From: Chloroflexota bacterium
GTDB lineage: Bacteria > Chloroflexota > Limnocylindria > QHBO01
DNA: 64,000 nt
Direction of reading: 5' to 3'
NCBI GenBank assembly: GCA_039933775.1
Contig: JBDTNK010000001.1
Location: forward strand, 5,938-69,937
Position numbers and translations under genes: made by a program. Each line of letters starts with the position of its first letter. Positions within the stretch are counted from its first letter, which is position 1. Below the pieces are notes generated by a model that worked only from the letters and a program-made list of their open reading frames with translations, was not told where the DNA came from and did no database searches. Below, piece after piece: positions 19,123-28,169 of the stretch.

Positions 19123-20633
19123 GCTCCACGTCCGTCGGCGCCGAGGCGCCGCTCGCCACGACGCTGGCACTCTTTGCGCGCCTCGAGGAGCTGGGCGTTC
19201 GTTACTGCCATTGGAAGAGCACGCCGTCGCTGGGGACCGCCCTGGCCGGACGGACTGACCTCGACCTGCTCGTCGAGCGGGAAGATGCCGATCGCTTCGC
19301 GGAGGCGGCTCGCGGCCTCGGCTTCAAGCCGTTCATCTCACATGCGAGCCGACGCTTTCCGGCAGTCGAGGACCTTCTCGGCTACGACGAGGAGACCGGG
19401 CGCCTCATCCACCTGCACGTGTATTACCAGCTCATCCTGGGTGAGCACTACATCAAGAACCACCGCCTGCCATTCGAGCGGGCGCTCATCGGAAGCAGTG
19501 TGCTGCGCGATCGCGTTCGGGTGCCGCCACCCGAACTCGAAGTGGCAATCCTGGCGTATCGCACGCTGCTGAAGTATCGGGATACCGATGCACTGAAGGA
19601 TCAGCTGGGCCTCGGGCGCCGTGGCGGGATTCCCCGCGAGGCGCTCGCCGAGCTGCGAGCGCTGATCGCAAGCACCACGCCGGATGCTGTCGGTCGGGCC
19701 ATCGAGGCCGAGCTCCCCGGCCTTGCGCCTGGTCCGGTCGTCGGTCTGATCGAGCTCGTGGGAGACAACGCGCGCGACGCCGTGGCGCTCCTTCACCTGC
19801 GCCGCGAAGCACGCACCGCGCTGCGCGCGTATGAACGAGTGCCGGCAGGTACGGCCTGGTGGCGGTACGTGCGCGCTCGAGCATCGGGCGTGTGGCCCTT
19901 CCGCATCGTCACGCGCAGTGCCGGTCGGCGTGCCGTAAAGCGCAAGTCGCCGCGCGCAGGTGGCCTCGTCGTCGCGGTCATCGGGTCCGATGGGGCCGGT
20001 AAGTCGACCGCGATAGAGCACATCGTCGACTGGCTTGGCTGGCGCCTGAACGTATCGGTGCAGTACCTGGGCTCTTCGCAGCCATCGCGGACGACGGCCA
20101 GCGTGAAGCGGGTCGCCAAGCTCGGCCGCGCGCTTGCCCGGCGCCTCCCAGGCGGTGCCGATGAAGCGCCGTCGGGCGGCGTGGTCGGGGTGCTCCTAGC
20201 GCTGCGGCACCTCGCCGACGCCCGCGACCGAGAGCGCCGCGCCCGGGTTGCCCACAGGCTCGCATCGCAGGGCGTTCTCGTCCTGCTGGATCGGTACCCT
20301 CTGCCGGGCGTGCTCGTTGCTGGTCGGCCGCTGGACGGTCCGCGAATCCGGCTCACGCTCGCTGCCGGCTCCAGACTCCTGCGCATGCTGGCCGAACGGG
20401 AGGAGCGCATCTACCGACGGCTGCCGCGGCCGGATCATCTGCTCGTGCTGCGGGTCTCACCTGAAGTCGCGCGCGTACGACGGCCTGACCATGTGGCCAA
20501 AGACCTCGCGGCACGGACGGCAGCGCTCGATCGCCTCGAGGGAATCACGATCCCGATGACGATGATCGACGCCGATCAGCCGCTGGAGCGGGTCCAGGCC
20601 GACGTGCGGGCGGCGCTCTGGCGCCTCCTGTGA
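19119..20633 (+). CDS. Two-domain protein: N-terminal minimal nucleotidyltransferase-like region plus C-terminal thymidylate-kinase-like P-loop domain
   Basis: The N-terminus has GTALAGRTDLDLLVERED, an hG[GS]...D-h-D-hhV NTase-like motif. The C-terminus has the P-loop VIGSDGAGKST and a downstream LLDRYP (DRY/H) motif, as in dTMP kinases. The start is ATGA-coupled to the flippase. Confidence 0.45.
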   Translation: MSSTSVGAEAPLATTLALFARLEELGVRYCHWKSTPSLGTALAGRTDLDLLVEREDADRFAEAARGLGFKPFISHASRRFPAVEDLLGYDEETGRLIHLHVYYQLILGEHYIKNHRLPFERALIGSSVLRDRVRVPPPELEVAILAYRTLLKYRDTDALKDQLGLGRRGGIPREALAELRALIASTTPDAVGRAIEAELPGLAPGPVVGLIELVGDNARDAVALLHLRREARTALRAYERVPAGTAWWRYVRARASGVWPFRIVTRSAGRRAVKRKSPRAGGLVVAVIGSDGAGKSTAIEHIVDWLGWRLNVSVQYLGSSQPSRTTASVKRVAKLGRALARRLPGGADEAPSGGVVGVLLALRHLADARDRERRARVAHRLASQGVLVLLDRYPLPGVLVAGRPLDGPRIRLTLAAGSRLLRMLAEREERIYRRLPRPDHLLVLRVSPEVARVRRPDHVAKDLAARTAALDRLEGITIPMTMIDADQPLERVQADVRAALWRLL

Positions 20634-22405
20634 GGACGATCGAGTTCGCTGGCGCCGTCGGCAGCGGCAAGAGCACACTTGCGCCGGAGCTTGTCCGGCT
20701 GCTGCGGGAGGCGGGAATTGACGCGGTCGGGCAAACGGACGCGCTCGCCGGACTCGTGAGCCGCCGGGTCGGGCTCGCCGTCGATGCGCCCCACGGTGCT
20801 GCTTTCGCCGCAACCCATCCTCGTCTCATGCTCCTCGTCGCCCGGGTGTTGGCGCGCGCCGCGACCGATCGATCACATCGCCGCCGCATCGCGGGTCTCG
20901 TACTGCGGCTTGGTGCGCGGCGGCAGTTCCTGGAGTCCACGCTCGCGCCCGACAGGACCGTCGTGATCGACGAGGGTTTCGTGCAGCGCGCCGTCAACGT
21001 CTTCGCCTGGGCCCCTGGACCGCTGCCGGTGCGCGACCTAGCGCGCTACTTCAGACTGGCCCCCATCGGGGACGTGGTCGTGATGGTCCAGGTTGATGGC
21101 CGTGTCGCCCGAGGGCGCGCGCGAGCTCGAGGGCTGCCGCAACGGGTCGCAGCGAAGCCAGTTGAAGAGGCCGAGCGATTCTTGGCAAGAGCGGAGCAGG
21201 TGGTTGATGCGGCCGGCCGAGTGCTCCAGTCGCTCGGCGTGCCGACGATCGTGGTGAACAATGACGGTACGCGCGAGGGGGCGGTCGACGCGCTGCGCGG
21301 ACACCTGCCGCAGCTGGCGGGCGCAGCGCAGCCGCCGCGCATGAAGTTTGGCCCGCTCGCATTGTCCCGCCCGCGCCGGCGGGGCCGGGCGGCCGTCACT
21401 CCAACGGGACTCGAGGCCGCGATGGACGCGCTCGGGATTGGTACCTGGCGGCTGCTGCGTCCGCTTGGCCGGGCCACCGGCCGCAGCGGGTCTGCGCTCG
21501 TCGAGACGCCCGCCGGGCCGCTCGTGCTCAAGCGCTATAAGGCCAGCGTGCCGATCGATCAGGTACGCGTCGAGCACGAGATTCTCCGCGAGCTCGAGGC
21601 GCTTCAGTTTCCGGCACCCCGGCTCCGAGCGAGCTCGGACGGCACAACGATCATCGATGCCAGCGGGGCGATGTTCGCCGCGTTCGGCTACCTCGACGGC
21701 TATCGACGCTCAGACGACGTGCTCCGGCCGGGGTGGTTGCAGCCGGCCACGGCGCGACTCCACGGTTCGGCGCTTGGCGCGCTGCACGCTGCGCTCGCGG
21801 GCTTCGTCCCCGAAACAACGAGCCCGCACGGCTTGGACCGCAACGCGCCGGGCCGCCGAGCTCGCGATCTGCAGTGGCACGAGGACCTCCTCGATGAGGT
21901 CGAGCGCAGTCCACGCGCACCTCGCCTTCGGGAGGAGCTCGCCGAGCTGCGCCACGTCCTCCCCGAGAGCGACGCGCGGGTGTCGGCCGCGGAGCTGTCG
22001 GCAGGAGTGGTGCATGGCGACTTCGGGCCATACAACGTTCTTATCCGGGATGGCGCGCCGCTCTTCATCGTCGACTACGAGCTTGCGCGACTGGACTGGC
22101 GCGTCGTGGATCTGGCAGCGGCACTCCCGCGATACCTCGGACGCCGGCGCGGCCGCGACGCGGAGCGACGCCTGAGTCGATTCCTGGATGGGTATCGGTC
22201 CAAGGTGGGCCTTTTGCCGCAGGAGCTGCGAGCGCTGCCGGCGGTGTTGGCCTTCCTTAGCCTGCGCCGGGCTGCGGTTCTGCTGGGCCGCTGGATCGAT
22301 CAGCCTGGAGACGCAGCGCCCTGGGAGGTCATCGAAAAACTGATGCTCGCGCGCACCATCGCTGCAGGTGATCACGTAATCGCACGCGTGGCGCGCACAT
22401 TCTGA
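20630..22405 (+). CDS. Two-domain protein: N-terminal P-loop NTPase plus C-terminal aminoglycoside/choline-kinase-like (APH) phosphotransferase
   Basis: The N-terminus has the P-loop FAGAVGSGKSTLA. The C-terminus has the Brenner/APH catalytic motif VVHGDFGPYNVLI followed by FIVDYE. A GTG start at 20630 overlaps the upstream stop as GTGA. Confidence 0.5.
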   Translation: MRTIEFAGAVGSGKSTLAPELVRLLREAGIDAVGQTDALAGLVSRRVGLAVDAPHGAAFAATHPRLMLLVARVLARAATDRSHRRRIAGLVLRLGARRQFLESTLAPDRTVVIDEGFVQRAVNVFAWAPGPLPVRDLARYFRLAPIGDVVVMVQVDGRVARGRARARGLPQRVAAKPVEEAERFLARAEQVVDAAGRVLQSLGVPTIVVNNDGTREGAVDALRGHLPQLAGAAQPPRMKFGPLALSRPRRRGRAAVTPTGLEAAMDALGIGTWRLLRPLGRATGRSGSALVETPAGPLVLKRYKASVPIDQVRVEHEILRELEALQFPAPRLRASSDGTTIIDASGAMFAAFGYLDGYRRSDDVLRPGWLQPATARLHGSALGALHAALAGFVPETTSPHGLDRNAPGRRARDLQWHEDLLDEVERSPRAPRLREELAELRHVLPESDARVSAAELSAGVVHGDFGPYNVLIRDGAPLFIVDYELARLDWRVVDLAAALPRYLGRRRGRDAERRLSRFLDGYRSKVGLLPQELRALPAVLAFLSLRRAAVLLGRWIDQPGDAAPWEVIEKLMLARTIAAGDHVIARVARTF

Positions 22406-22483
22406 GGAATCCGACTCTGGACGGGTCACACAGGAGGGGGCACAATGGGCCATCCGCAATCATCCAACAGTACTTGAGGGGGC

Positions 22484-24739
22484 GTGCCCGCCGTGCCGAA
22501 AATCTTGAAGGTCGTCGCTGTTCTGGCGGTGACGTTCGCGCTCATTGCCCCGGGCCTCGTGGTGGCCAAGAACGACAAGGCGACCGCGCCGCAGCAGGCG
22601 TTTGTCCGATTGTTGCGTCACATCGAGGTGGCTGAGTTCGGGATCGCGCATCCTGCCGGGCTGGCGTATGTCCCGGCCACGCGCGCGCTGCTCGTCATCG
22701 ACGCGTCCGGCGCGGCGAGCCATCTGGTTGGCGTCAGCGAGGACGACCTTGGGCCCGTTGCGCTGCCTGCCGTGCCAGATTCGGCCGCGGCGGTGACGTT
22801 CGACGCGGCCACGAGCGCCCTCGTCGTCATCGACGGCAGCGCCGTCGTGAACGAGGTCGCGGCACCAAACGGCCGCCCATCTGGTCCTCCGACGCAGGGC
22901 CGCGCCGTCGCTCCCCAGACCGTGACCGGCACGGCAATAAGTGGAGGTGAGCTGCTCGTGGGCGACGGCAGCGGCTTCGTCGCGCTTGCGCCGGACGCTT
23001 CGCGCGGGTCGAGGCGTGTCGACATGAGCCGCCTGGGAGAGCCGCTTGTTGGCATCGCCGTCGATCCGGAGAGCGGACATCTCTACACCTTGGGCAGCAG
23101 GTCGCGGACGCTCTTCGAGCTCGACACGACCGGAACCGTGCTGTCCACGCGCGATCTCTCGACGCTCGGGCTGAGCGAGCCCCAGGCCATTGTGGCCGCG
23201 CCCAGCGCCGACACGACGGACGATGCGACGGCGATCAGCCTATTCGTCGCCGATGCCGGCCCAAGCGGCGGCACGGGGACGGTTGTCGAGCTGGGTCTAC
23301 AGGCACCGCAGATTTCCCCACAGCTGGCCCTCGCGGCGGCGAGCAACGCGACCCTCGTCCGCACGATCGACACATCCGGATGGCCAAGCCCGGATCCTTC
23401 GGGCATCGCCTACAACACGGCGAGTAATCGGCTCATGGTCGTCGACGGTGAGATCGACGAGATGCAGATCTATTCCGGGTTCAATGGCTACGAGTCGACG
23501 CTCACCGGTACGCTCCTGCGGACGTTCGACACGCTCGGCTGGCGGTCCACCGGACCGTGTGGTGGCCAATCAGGTCTCCAGACCTGCCTGAACAAGGAAC
23601 CGGTCGGCGTCGCGATCAACCCGACGAATGGCCACGTCTTCGTTTCGAACGACTCGAAGAAGACGGTCTGGGAGGTCACTCCCGGTGGTGACGGCGTCGT
23701 AGGCGGCAGCGATGACGTGCTGCGCTCGTTCCGGCTCGATACTCTCGGCGTCGGCGATCCCGAAGGCCTCGGGATCGGCGGCGGACGGCTCTGGGTCGCC
23801 GACGGCACGAACCGCGAGATCTGGTCGCTCGCCCCGGGTAACGACGGGCTCTTCGGGACGCCCGACGACCCCATCGCCCACTTCGACACTGATTCGCTCG
23901 GTGAGCCGGATCCGGAGGGCGTCGACTACGATTCCGCGACCGGACACCTGTGGGTCGTGAGTAACGACACCCAGCAGACACTGCTCGAGGTCACGACTTC
24001 GGGTTCGCCGGTGCAGGTCGTGGACATCTCGGCGTCTCAGGCACGCTCGCCAGGCGGCGTGGCGGTTGGACCAGCGAGCGGCGGTTCGGGTCGCAGCGTC
24101 TACGTCGCGGATCGCGGTGTCGACAACAATGACAATCCGAACGAAAATGACGGACGCATCTACGAGCTGGCGATCGGCTCCGCGCCAGATCCTACGCCGA
24201 CACCGGTGCCCACCCCAACGCCCGTCCCCACCGCCACGCCGATTCCGACGGCGACGCCGAGCGCGACACCATCGGCGACACCGGTTCCGCCGGGCACCAA
24301 CCTGGTGGTCAACGGCGACTTCGAGGCCGACGTCAATGGGGACGGCCCGGACAACTGGTCGACGCACGAGCATTTCACTCGGTCGACCACGGCCGCTCAC
24401 GCAGGGACGTACGGTGGCTTGCACAGCGCGACAGATGGGAGCCGATACAACATCCAGCAGGATGTGCCGGTCGTGGGTGGCAACGCATACGACTTCAGCG
24501 GCTGGGTCAACATCCCGAACGCCAATGGCACGACGCGGTTTATCCTGAAGGTCCAATGGCGTAGCAATCGGAATCTTGGCGTGACTGAGATCGCGAAGTT
24601 CACGACCGCGACCAGCGGGTGGGTCCAGGTCAATGATTCGGTAACGGCGCCTGCGGGTGCCACGGCAGCTCGACTGATCATGACGCTGCGGAACTTCAAC
24701 GGGACCGTCTGGGTCGACGATTTTCGCCTGCAGCGCTGA
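22484..24739 (+). CDS. Secreted protein with a beta-propeller-like repeat region, a Pro/Thr linker and a C-terminal CBM4/9-like carbohydrate-binding module
   Basis: A signal-peptide-like N-terminus (KILKVVAVLAVTFALIAPGLVVA) leads into repeated DPSG/DPEG...Y/W blades. A PT-rich linker PDPTPTPVPTPTPVPTATPIPTATPSATP follows. The C-terminal domain begins NGDFEADVNG...W, as in CBM_4_9 modules. Confidence 0.55.
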   Translation: MPAVPKILKVVAVLAVTFALIAPGLVVAKNDKATAPQQAFVRLLRHIEVAEFGIAHPAGLAYVPATRALLVIDASGAASHLVGVSEDDLGPVALPAVPDSAAAVTFDAATSALVVIDGSAVVNEVAAPNGRPSGPPTQGRAVAPQTVTGTAISGGELLVGDGSGFVALAPDASRGSRRVDMSRLGEPLVGIAVDPESGHLYTLGSRSRTLFELDTTGTVLSTRDLSTLGLSEPQAIVAAPSADTTDDATAISLFVADAGPSGGTGTVVELGLQAPQISPQLALAAASNATLVRTIDTSGWPSPDPSGIAYNTASNRLMVVDGEIDEMQIYSGFNGYESTLTGTLLRTFDTLGWRSTGPCGGQSGLQTCLNKEPVGVAINPTNGHVFVSNDSKKTVWEVTPGGDGVVGGSDDVLRSFRLDTLGVGDPEGLGIGGGRLWVADGTNREIWSLAPGNDGLFGTPDDPIAHFDTDSLGEPDPEGVDYDSATGHLWVVSNDTQQTLLEVTTSGSPVQVVDISASQARSPGGVAVGPASGGSGRSVYVADRGVDNNDNPNENDGRIYELAIGSAPDPTPTPVPTPTPVPTATPIPTATPSATPSATPVPPGTNLVVNGDFEADVNGDGPDNWSTHEHFTRSTTAAHAGTYGGLHSATDGSRYNIQQDVPVVGGNAYDFSGWVNIPNANGTTRFILKVQWRSNRNLGVTEIAKFTTATSGWVQVNDSVTAPAGATAARLIMTLRNFNGTVWVDDFRLQR

Positions 24740-24760
24740 ACCCGGAAATCGCACCCGTCC

Positions 24761-26221
24761 ATGACCTCGCGGGCTGAACCGGTCAACCGGCCGCCGATCG
24801 CTGCCCTTGCACTGGGCCGGCCGTTCGACGCGCGCTGGAGCGGTGTCGCGACCGTGGTCGTTGGCATCCTGGCTGGACTGGCGATCGCCTATTTGATCGC
24901 AACCGGCAATGGCCAGATGGCCATCGGAGCCGCCCTCGCGGTGCCCATCGCCGCGCTGGTGGTCGGCGATCCATTCATCGGGGTGATCCTCTGGGTCCTC
25001 ACCGTCCCGTATTTCAGCGGCCTTTCCGCCGAGACCGGGCCGGTGATCTGGGCCGTCCATCGGTTCGGCATCCCTGCGGTGATCGTGCTGACCGCGGTTC
25101 ACAGCCGCCTGGGATGGCGTCGCTGGGGCCTCCGCGTCGGGTGGGTCGATCTGTTTCTTGCGGCATTCATCGCGATCGGGCTAGTGAACATCGTGTTCCT
25201 GGCACCAAACACACAGCGCATGATCGCGTCGTTCTACGACAAGATGATTGTCCCGATCGCGCTCTTCTGGCTGATCCGAGCGATGGCACCTCGCCGCCGG
25301 GAGCTGCGCATGCTGGTCGGGGCGGGGCTGATTACGCTGGTGACCCAGTCGACCATCGGCTTGCTGTCCTGGGTGGCCCCGAGCGTGCTTCCCTCAGCTT
25401 GGCTCGGGCGCGCCGGAGAGCGCACGACCGGCACGCTCGGCGGCCCTGCTCCGTTCACGATCACGCTCGTCCTTTTCGGGATCATCGCGGTCCACGCAGC
25501 GGCCCAGTCGCCCTCGGTGCGGCATCGGGCGGTCATGATCGGTGCCACCCTGCTCGCGGCGGTTGCGATCTTCCTGTCGCTCTCTCGTGGGAGCTGGTTA
25601 GGCGCGGGCATCGCCTTCACCGGGGTCGCATTGATCCACCGCCGTCTCGTGGGGCTCATGGCAGTCATCGCAGTCTTGACGATCGTAGCGCTGAGCGCCG
25701 GACCGCTCGCCGAGCAGGTGGCCTTCGCCCAGGAGCGGATAGGTGACGACGACACGGTGGAGTCGCGAATTGTCACGAACGATGCATCGCTGCGCATGAT
25801 CGAGGCACAGCCGATCATCGGGTTTGGCTTCGGAAACTTCGAGCGATACGACGAGTCGTTCAAACGGCGCGTGGGCGACATCCCGCTGAAGTTGGGTGGG
25901 AGTTCCCACAATACCTACCTGGCAATGCTCGCGGAGCAGGGCATTCCCGCCACCACGCTCTACCTCGCCGTGCCGGTCGTCCTCCTCGCGACGACGTTCC
26001 TTCGCTGGCGGGACCTGCCGCCTTCTGGCCTGGGCAGCCGCGTGTTCGTGGCAGCCCTGTGGCTCGCGATCATCGACATGTTCGTGGTCCAGAATTTCCT
26101 CGAGATGATCCACTCATCGTACTGGGCGACTTCCCTCTGGTGGCTGACGCTCGGCCTCATCGCATCGGTTCTCGACCGCGCCGACGAGCGACGGCGGTTC
26201 GATACCGCGGTGGACCGATGA
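24761..26221 (+). CDS. O-antigen ligase/polymerase-family membrane protein (Wzy-like)
   Basis: About 10-12 TM helices. It carries the Wzy_C signature region FLSLSRGSWLGAGIAFTGV with a large loop. The stop overlaps the next gene as ATGA. Confidence 0.7.
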   Translation: MTSRAEPVNRPPIAALALGRPFDARWSGVATVVVGILAGLAIAYLIATGNGQMAIGAALAVPIAALVVGDPFIGVILWVLTVPYFSGLSAETGPVIWAVHRFGIPAVIVLTAVHSRLGWRRWGLRVGWVDLFLAAFIAIGLVNIVFLAPNTQRMIASFYDKMIVPIALFWLIRAMAPRRRELRMLVGAGLITLVTQSTIGLLSWVAPSVLPSAWLGRAGERTTGTLGGPAPFTITLVLFGIIAVHAAAQSPSVRHRAVMIGATLLAAVAIFLSLSRGSWLGAGIAFTGVALIHRRLVGLMAVIAVLTIVALSAGPLAEQVAFAQERIGDDDTVESRIVTNDASLRMIEAQPIIGFGFGNFERYDESFKRRVGDIPLKLGGSSHNTYLAMLAEQGIPATTLYLAVPVVLLATTFLRWRDLPPSGLGSRVFVAALWLAIIDMFVVQNFLEMIHSSYWATSLWWLTLGLIASVLDRADERRRFDTAVDR

Positions 26222-27183
26222 TCACCCCCACCGCTGAACCGCTGCCGGTGCCGCCACCAGAGCGGATCGACTCGATCTTCGTCGTCGGTCTCAGCCGGAG
26301 CGGCACGACGCTGCTGCGCAACATCCTGAACCGCCACGACGCCATCGCCATCGCGCCCGAGAACCACTTTCTTGGGCATCTCATCGCCAGTGAGGGCGTG
26401 CGGCACAAGCTCCGCCGCTTCGGCGACTTATCCGACGACGCACGGCTTCGCAGCATGGTCGACTTTTTTTACGACGGCGGTCTGAGCCGCGCCAGCCGGC
26501 TGCGTGACCCGAGCCGCTTCTGGGCGTGGCTCGCCAAGCGCGTCCCTCGCGAAGAGCTCTTCGCGCGGCTGGTAGCGACAGATCGCAGCGAGCGAGCGAT
26601 CTTCGGGGCCGTGCTGGATGCCTATGCGGTGCGGAAGGGTAAGCGGATTCGCGGCGAGAAGACGCCGGCCCATCTGCGCTACGTGCCGACGCTGCTTGAC
26701 TGGTATCCCGGAGCCCGCGTGATTCACATGATGCGCGACCCCCGTGCGATCTTCGTGTCGGAGCTGCGGCGGCGACGAGCGACCGGCGGCGGCAAACCCT
26801 ATCGGTTCCTGGCGGCTGTACCGCCGCTGCTTGCCGCCTTCGTGCTGATCGAGACGACCGTCATCTGGGTCGAGGGGGCGTGGCGCGCGGGGCGCTACGG
26901 GCGCACGTTCCGTGGTCGGTATCGGATGCTTCGGTTCGAGGATCTCGTCCGCCGTCCCGAGGTCGAGCTGCGCCAAGTCTGCGCATGGCTCGGCCTCGAC
27001 TTCCAGGAAGAGATGCTCGAACAGCACGTGGTCAGCGTCGGTGCGCGGCTTGGCGAGCAGGGCATCGACAGCGAGGCGGCGACGCGCTGGCAGAGCAACA
27101 TCCCCGCGTGGGCCGATTGGTGGTTCCGCACCGCCCTCCGTGGCCGCCTGCGAACTTTCGGATACGAGACGGCAGACCGATGA
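26218..27183 (+). CDS. Sulfotransferase (paralog 1 of tandem array)
   Basis: The 5'-PSB loop is IFVVGLSRSGTTLL and the 3'-PB region is IHMMRDPRAIFVS. ATGA-coupled on both sides. Confidence 0.75.
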   Translation: MITPTAEPLPVPPPERIDSIFVVGLSRSGTTLLRNILNRHDAIAIAPENHFLGHLIASEGVRHKLRRFGDLSDDARLRSMVDFFYDGGLSRASRLRDPSRFWAWLAKRVPREELFARLVATDRSERAIFGAVLDAYAVRKGKRIRGEKTPAHLRYVPTLLDWYPGARVIHMMRDPRAIFVSELRRRRATGGGKPYRFLAAVPPLLAAFVLIETTVIWVEGAWRAGRYGRTFRGRYRMLRFEDLVRRPEVELRQVCAWLGLDFQEEMLEQHVVSVGARLGEQGIDSEAATRWQSNIPAWADWWFRTALRGRLRTFGYETADR

Positions 27184-28169
27184 CGGCTGAGCCGGCCGGT
27201 CCCATCTTCATTGGCGGACCTGATCGCTGCGGCAAGACGCTCGTCGCGGCGCTGCTCGGCTCGCACTCGCGGATCGCGATCCCGGTGGTGGGCTCCAACG
27301 TATGGACGCTCTTCTACGGCCGCTTCGGCGATCTCGAGGTTGACGCCAACTTCGACCGTTGTCTCGCGGCGCTGATGGCATACAAACACATCCGGTTTCT
27401 GGATCCGGACGAGGCGCGGCTGCGTCAGGCCCTGCGCCGTGGGGGACGGACCTACGCCAGGCTCTTTGCTGCCATCCAGGCGCAGCACGCCGAGCGACTC
27501 GCCAAGCCGCGATGGGGGGACCAGACTGGCCTCGTGGAGGCCTACGCCGACGAGATCTTCGCCGCGTACCGGGGTGTGAGGATGATCCACATGGTTCGAG
27601 ACCCGCGCGACCGCTACGACGCATCACTCAGTCTCTGGCCCGAGGGGAAGCTCCGAGCCGGCGGTGCAACCGCGCGCTGGCTCTACTCCGTGCGTCTGGC
27701 CGAGCAGAACGCCGCGCGCTACGGTGACTCCTACCGGATTCAGCACTATGAAGCGCTCGTCCACGATCCCGAGGCGACGATTCGGGAGCTATGTGCCTTC
27801 GTGGGCGAGGCGTTTGAGCCCGCCATGATGGAAATGGGTGACATGCCGACCTACCGGGCGAAGCTGGAGGCAGGCAGATCCCGGTCGAGCGCCGGGCCGC
27901 TGATCAGCGACGCGTTCGTCGGAATCTTCCGCGGCCGTCTGGCCCCGGCTGAGCTCGCCTTCATGCAGTCGCGAGCCGGCTCGACGATGAGACGTCACGG
28001 ATACGCCCTCGAGCAGGTGCAGATGGGAAACGTTGCGCGGCTCCGCTACCTGGCGCTCGACTGGCCGCTCGACGCATTGCGTCTCGCTGCATGGCGAGCA
28101 CGGACCATCGTTTCGCGGATCGCCCCGCGGTTCGCCGGCCGGCAGCCGCCGCGACGTCATCTGGCATGA
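27180..28169 (+). CDS. Sulfotransferase (paralog 2 of tandem array)
   Basis: The N-terminus is MTAEPAGPIFIGGPDRCGKT. The shared block WTLFYGRFGDL and the 3'-PB region IHMVRDPRDRY are present. ATGA-coupled. Confidence 0.75.
   Translation: MTAEPAGPIFIGGPDRCGKTLVAALLGSHSRIAIPVVGSNVWTLFYGRFGDLEVDANFDRCLAALMAYKHIRFLDPDEARLRQALRRGGRTYARLFAAIQAQHAERLAKPRWGDQTGLVEAYADEIFAAYRGVRMIHMVRDPRDRYDASLSLWPEGKLRAGGATARWLYSVRLAEQNAARYGDSYRIQHYEALVHDPEATIRELCAFVGEAFEPAMMEMGDMPTYRAKLEAGRSRSSAGPLISDAFVGIFRGRLAPAELAFMQSRAGSTMRRHGYALEQVQMGNVARLRYLALDWPLDALRLAAWRARTIVSRIAPRFAGRQPPRRHLA

Noticed and set aside
24180-24300. Possible DNA tandem repeat / CRISPR-like periodicity (also 38870-39050)
   Set aside because: The periodicity comes from codons for Pro/Thr/Ala-rich interdomain linkers inside CDSs. 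There are no spacer-repeat units, so this is not a CRISPR array or a noncoding repeat.
22484-24739. Considered calling the secreted repeat protein an S-layer or adhesin
   Set aside because: No SLH or CWB2 repeats are present, unlike the lyase at 37819. The CBM and propeller-like blades fit an enzyme or binding protein better, so it was left as a generic secreted propeller/CBM protein.
23570-25102. 510-aa minus-strand ORF antisense to the secreted CBM protein and Wzy
   Set aside because: It is Arg/Asp-rich with no motifs, and the sense strand encodes coherent domain proteins.
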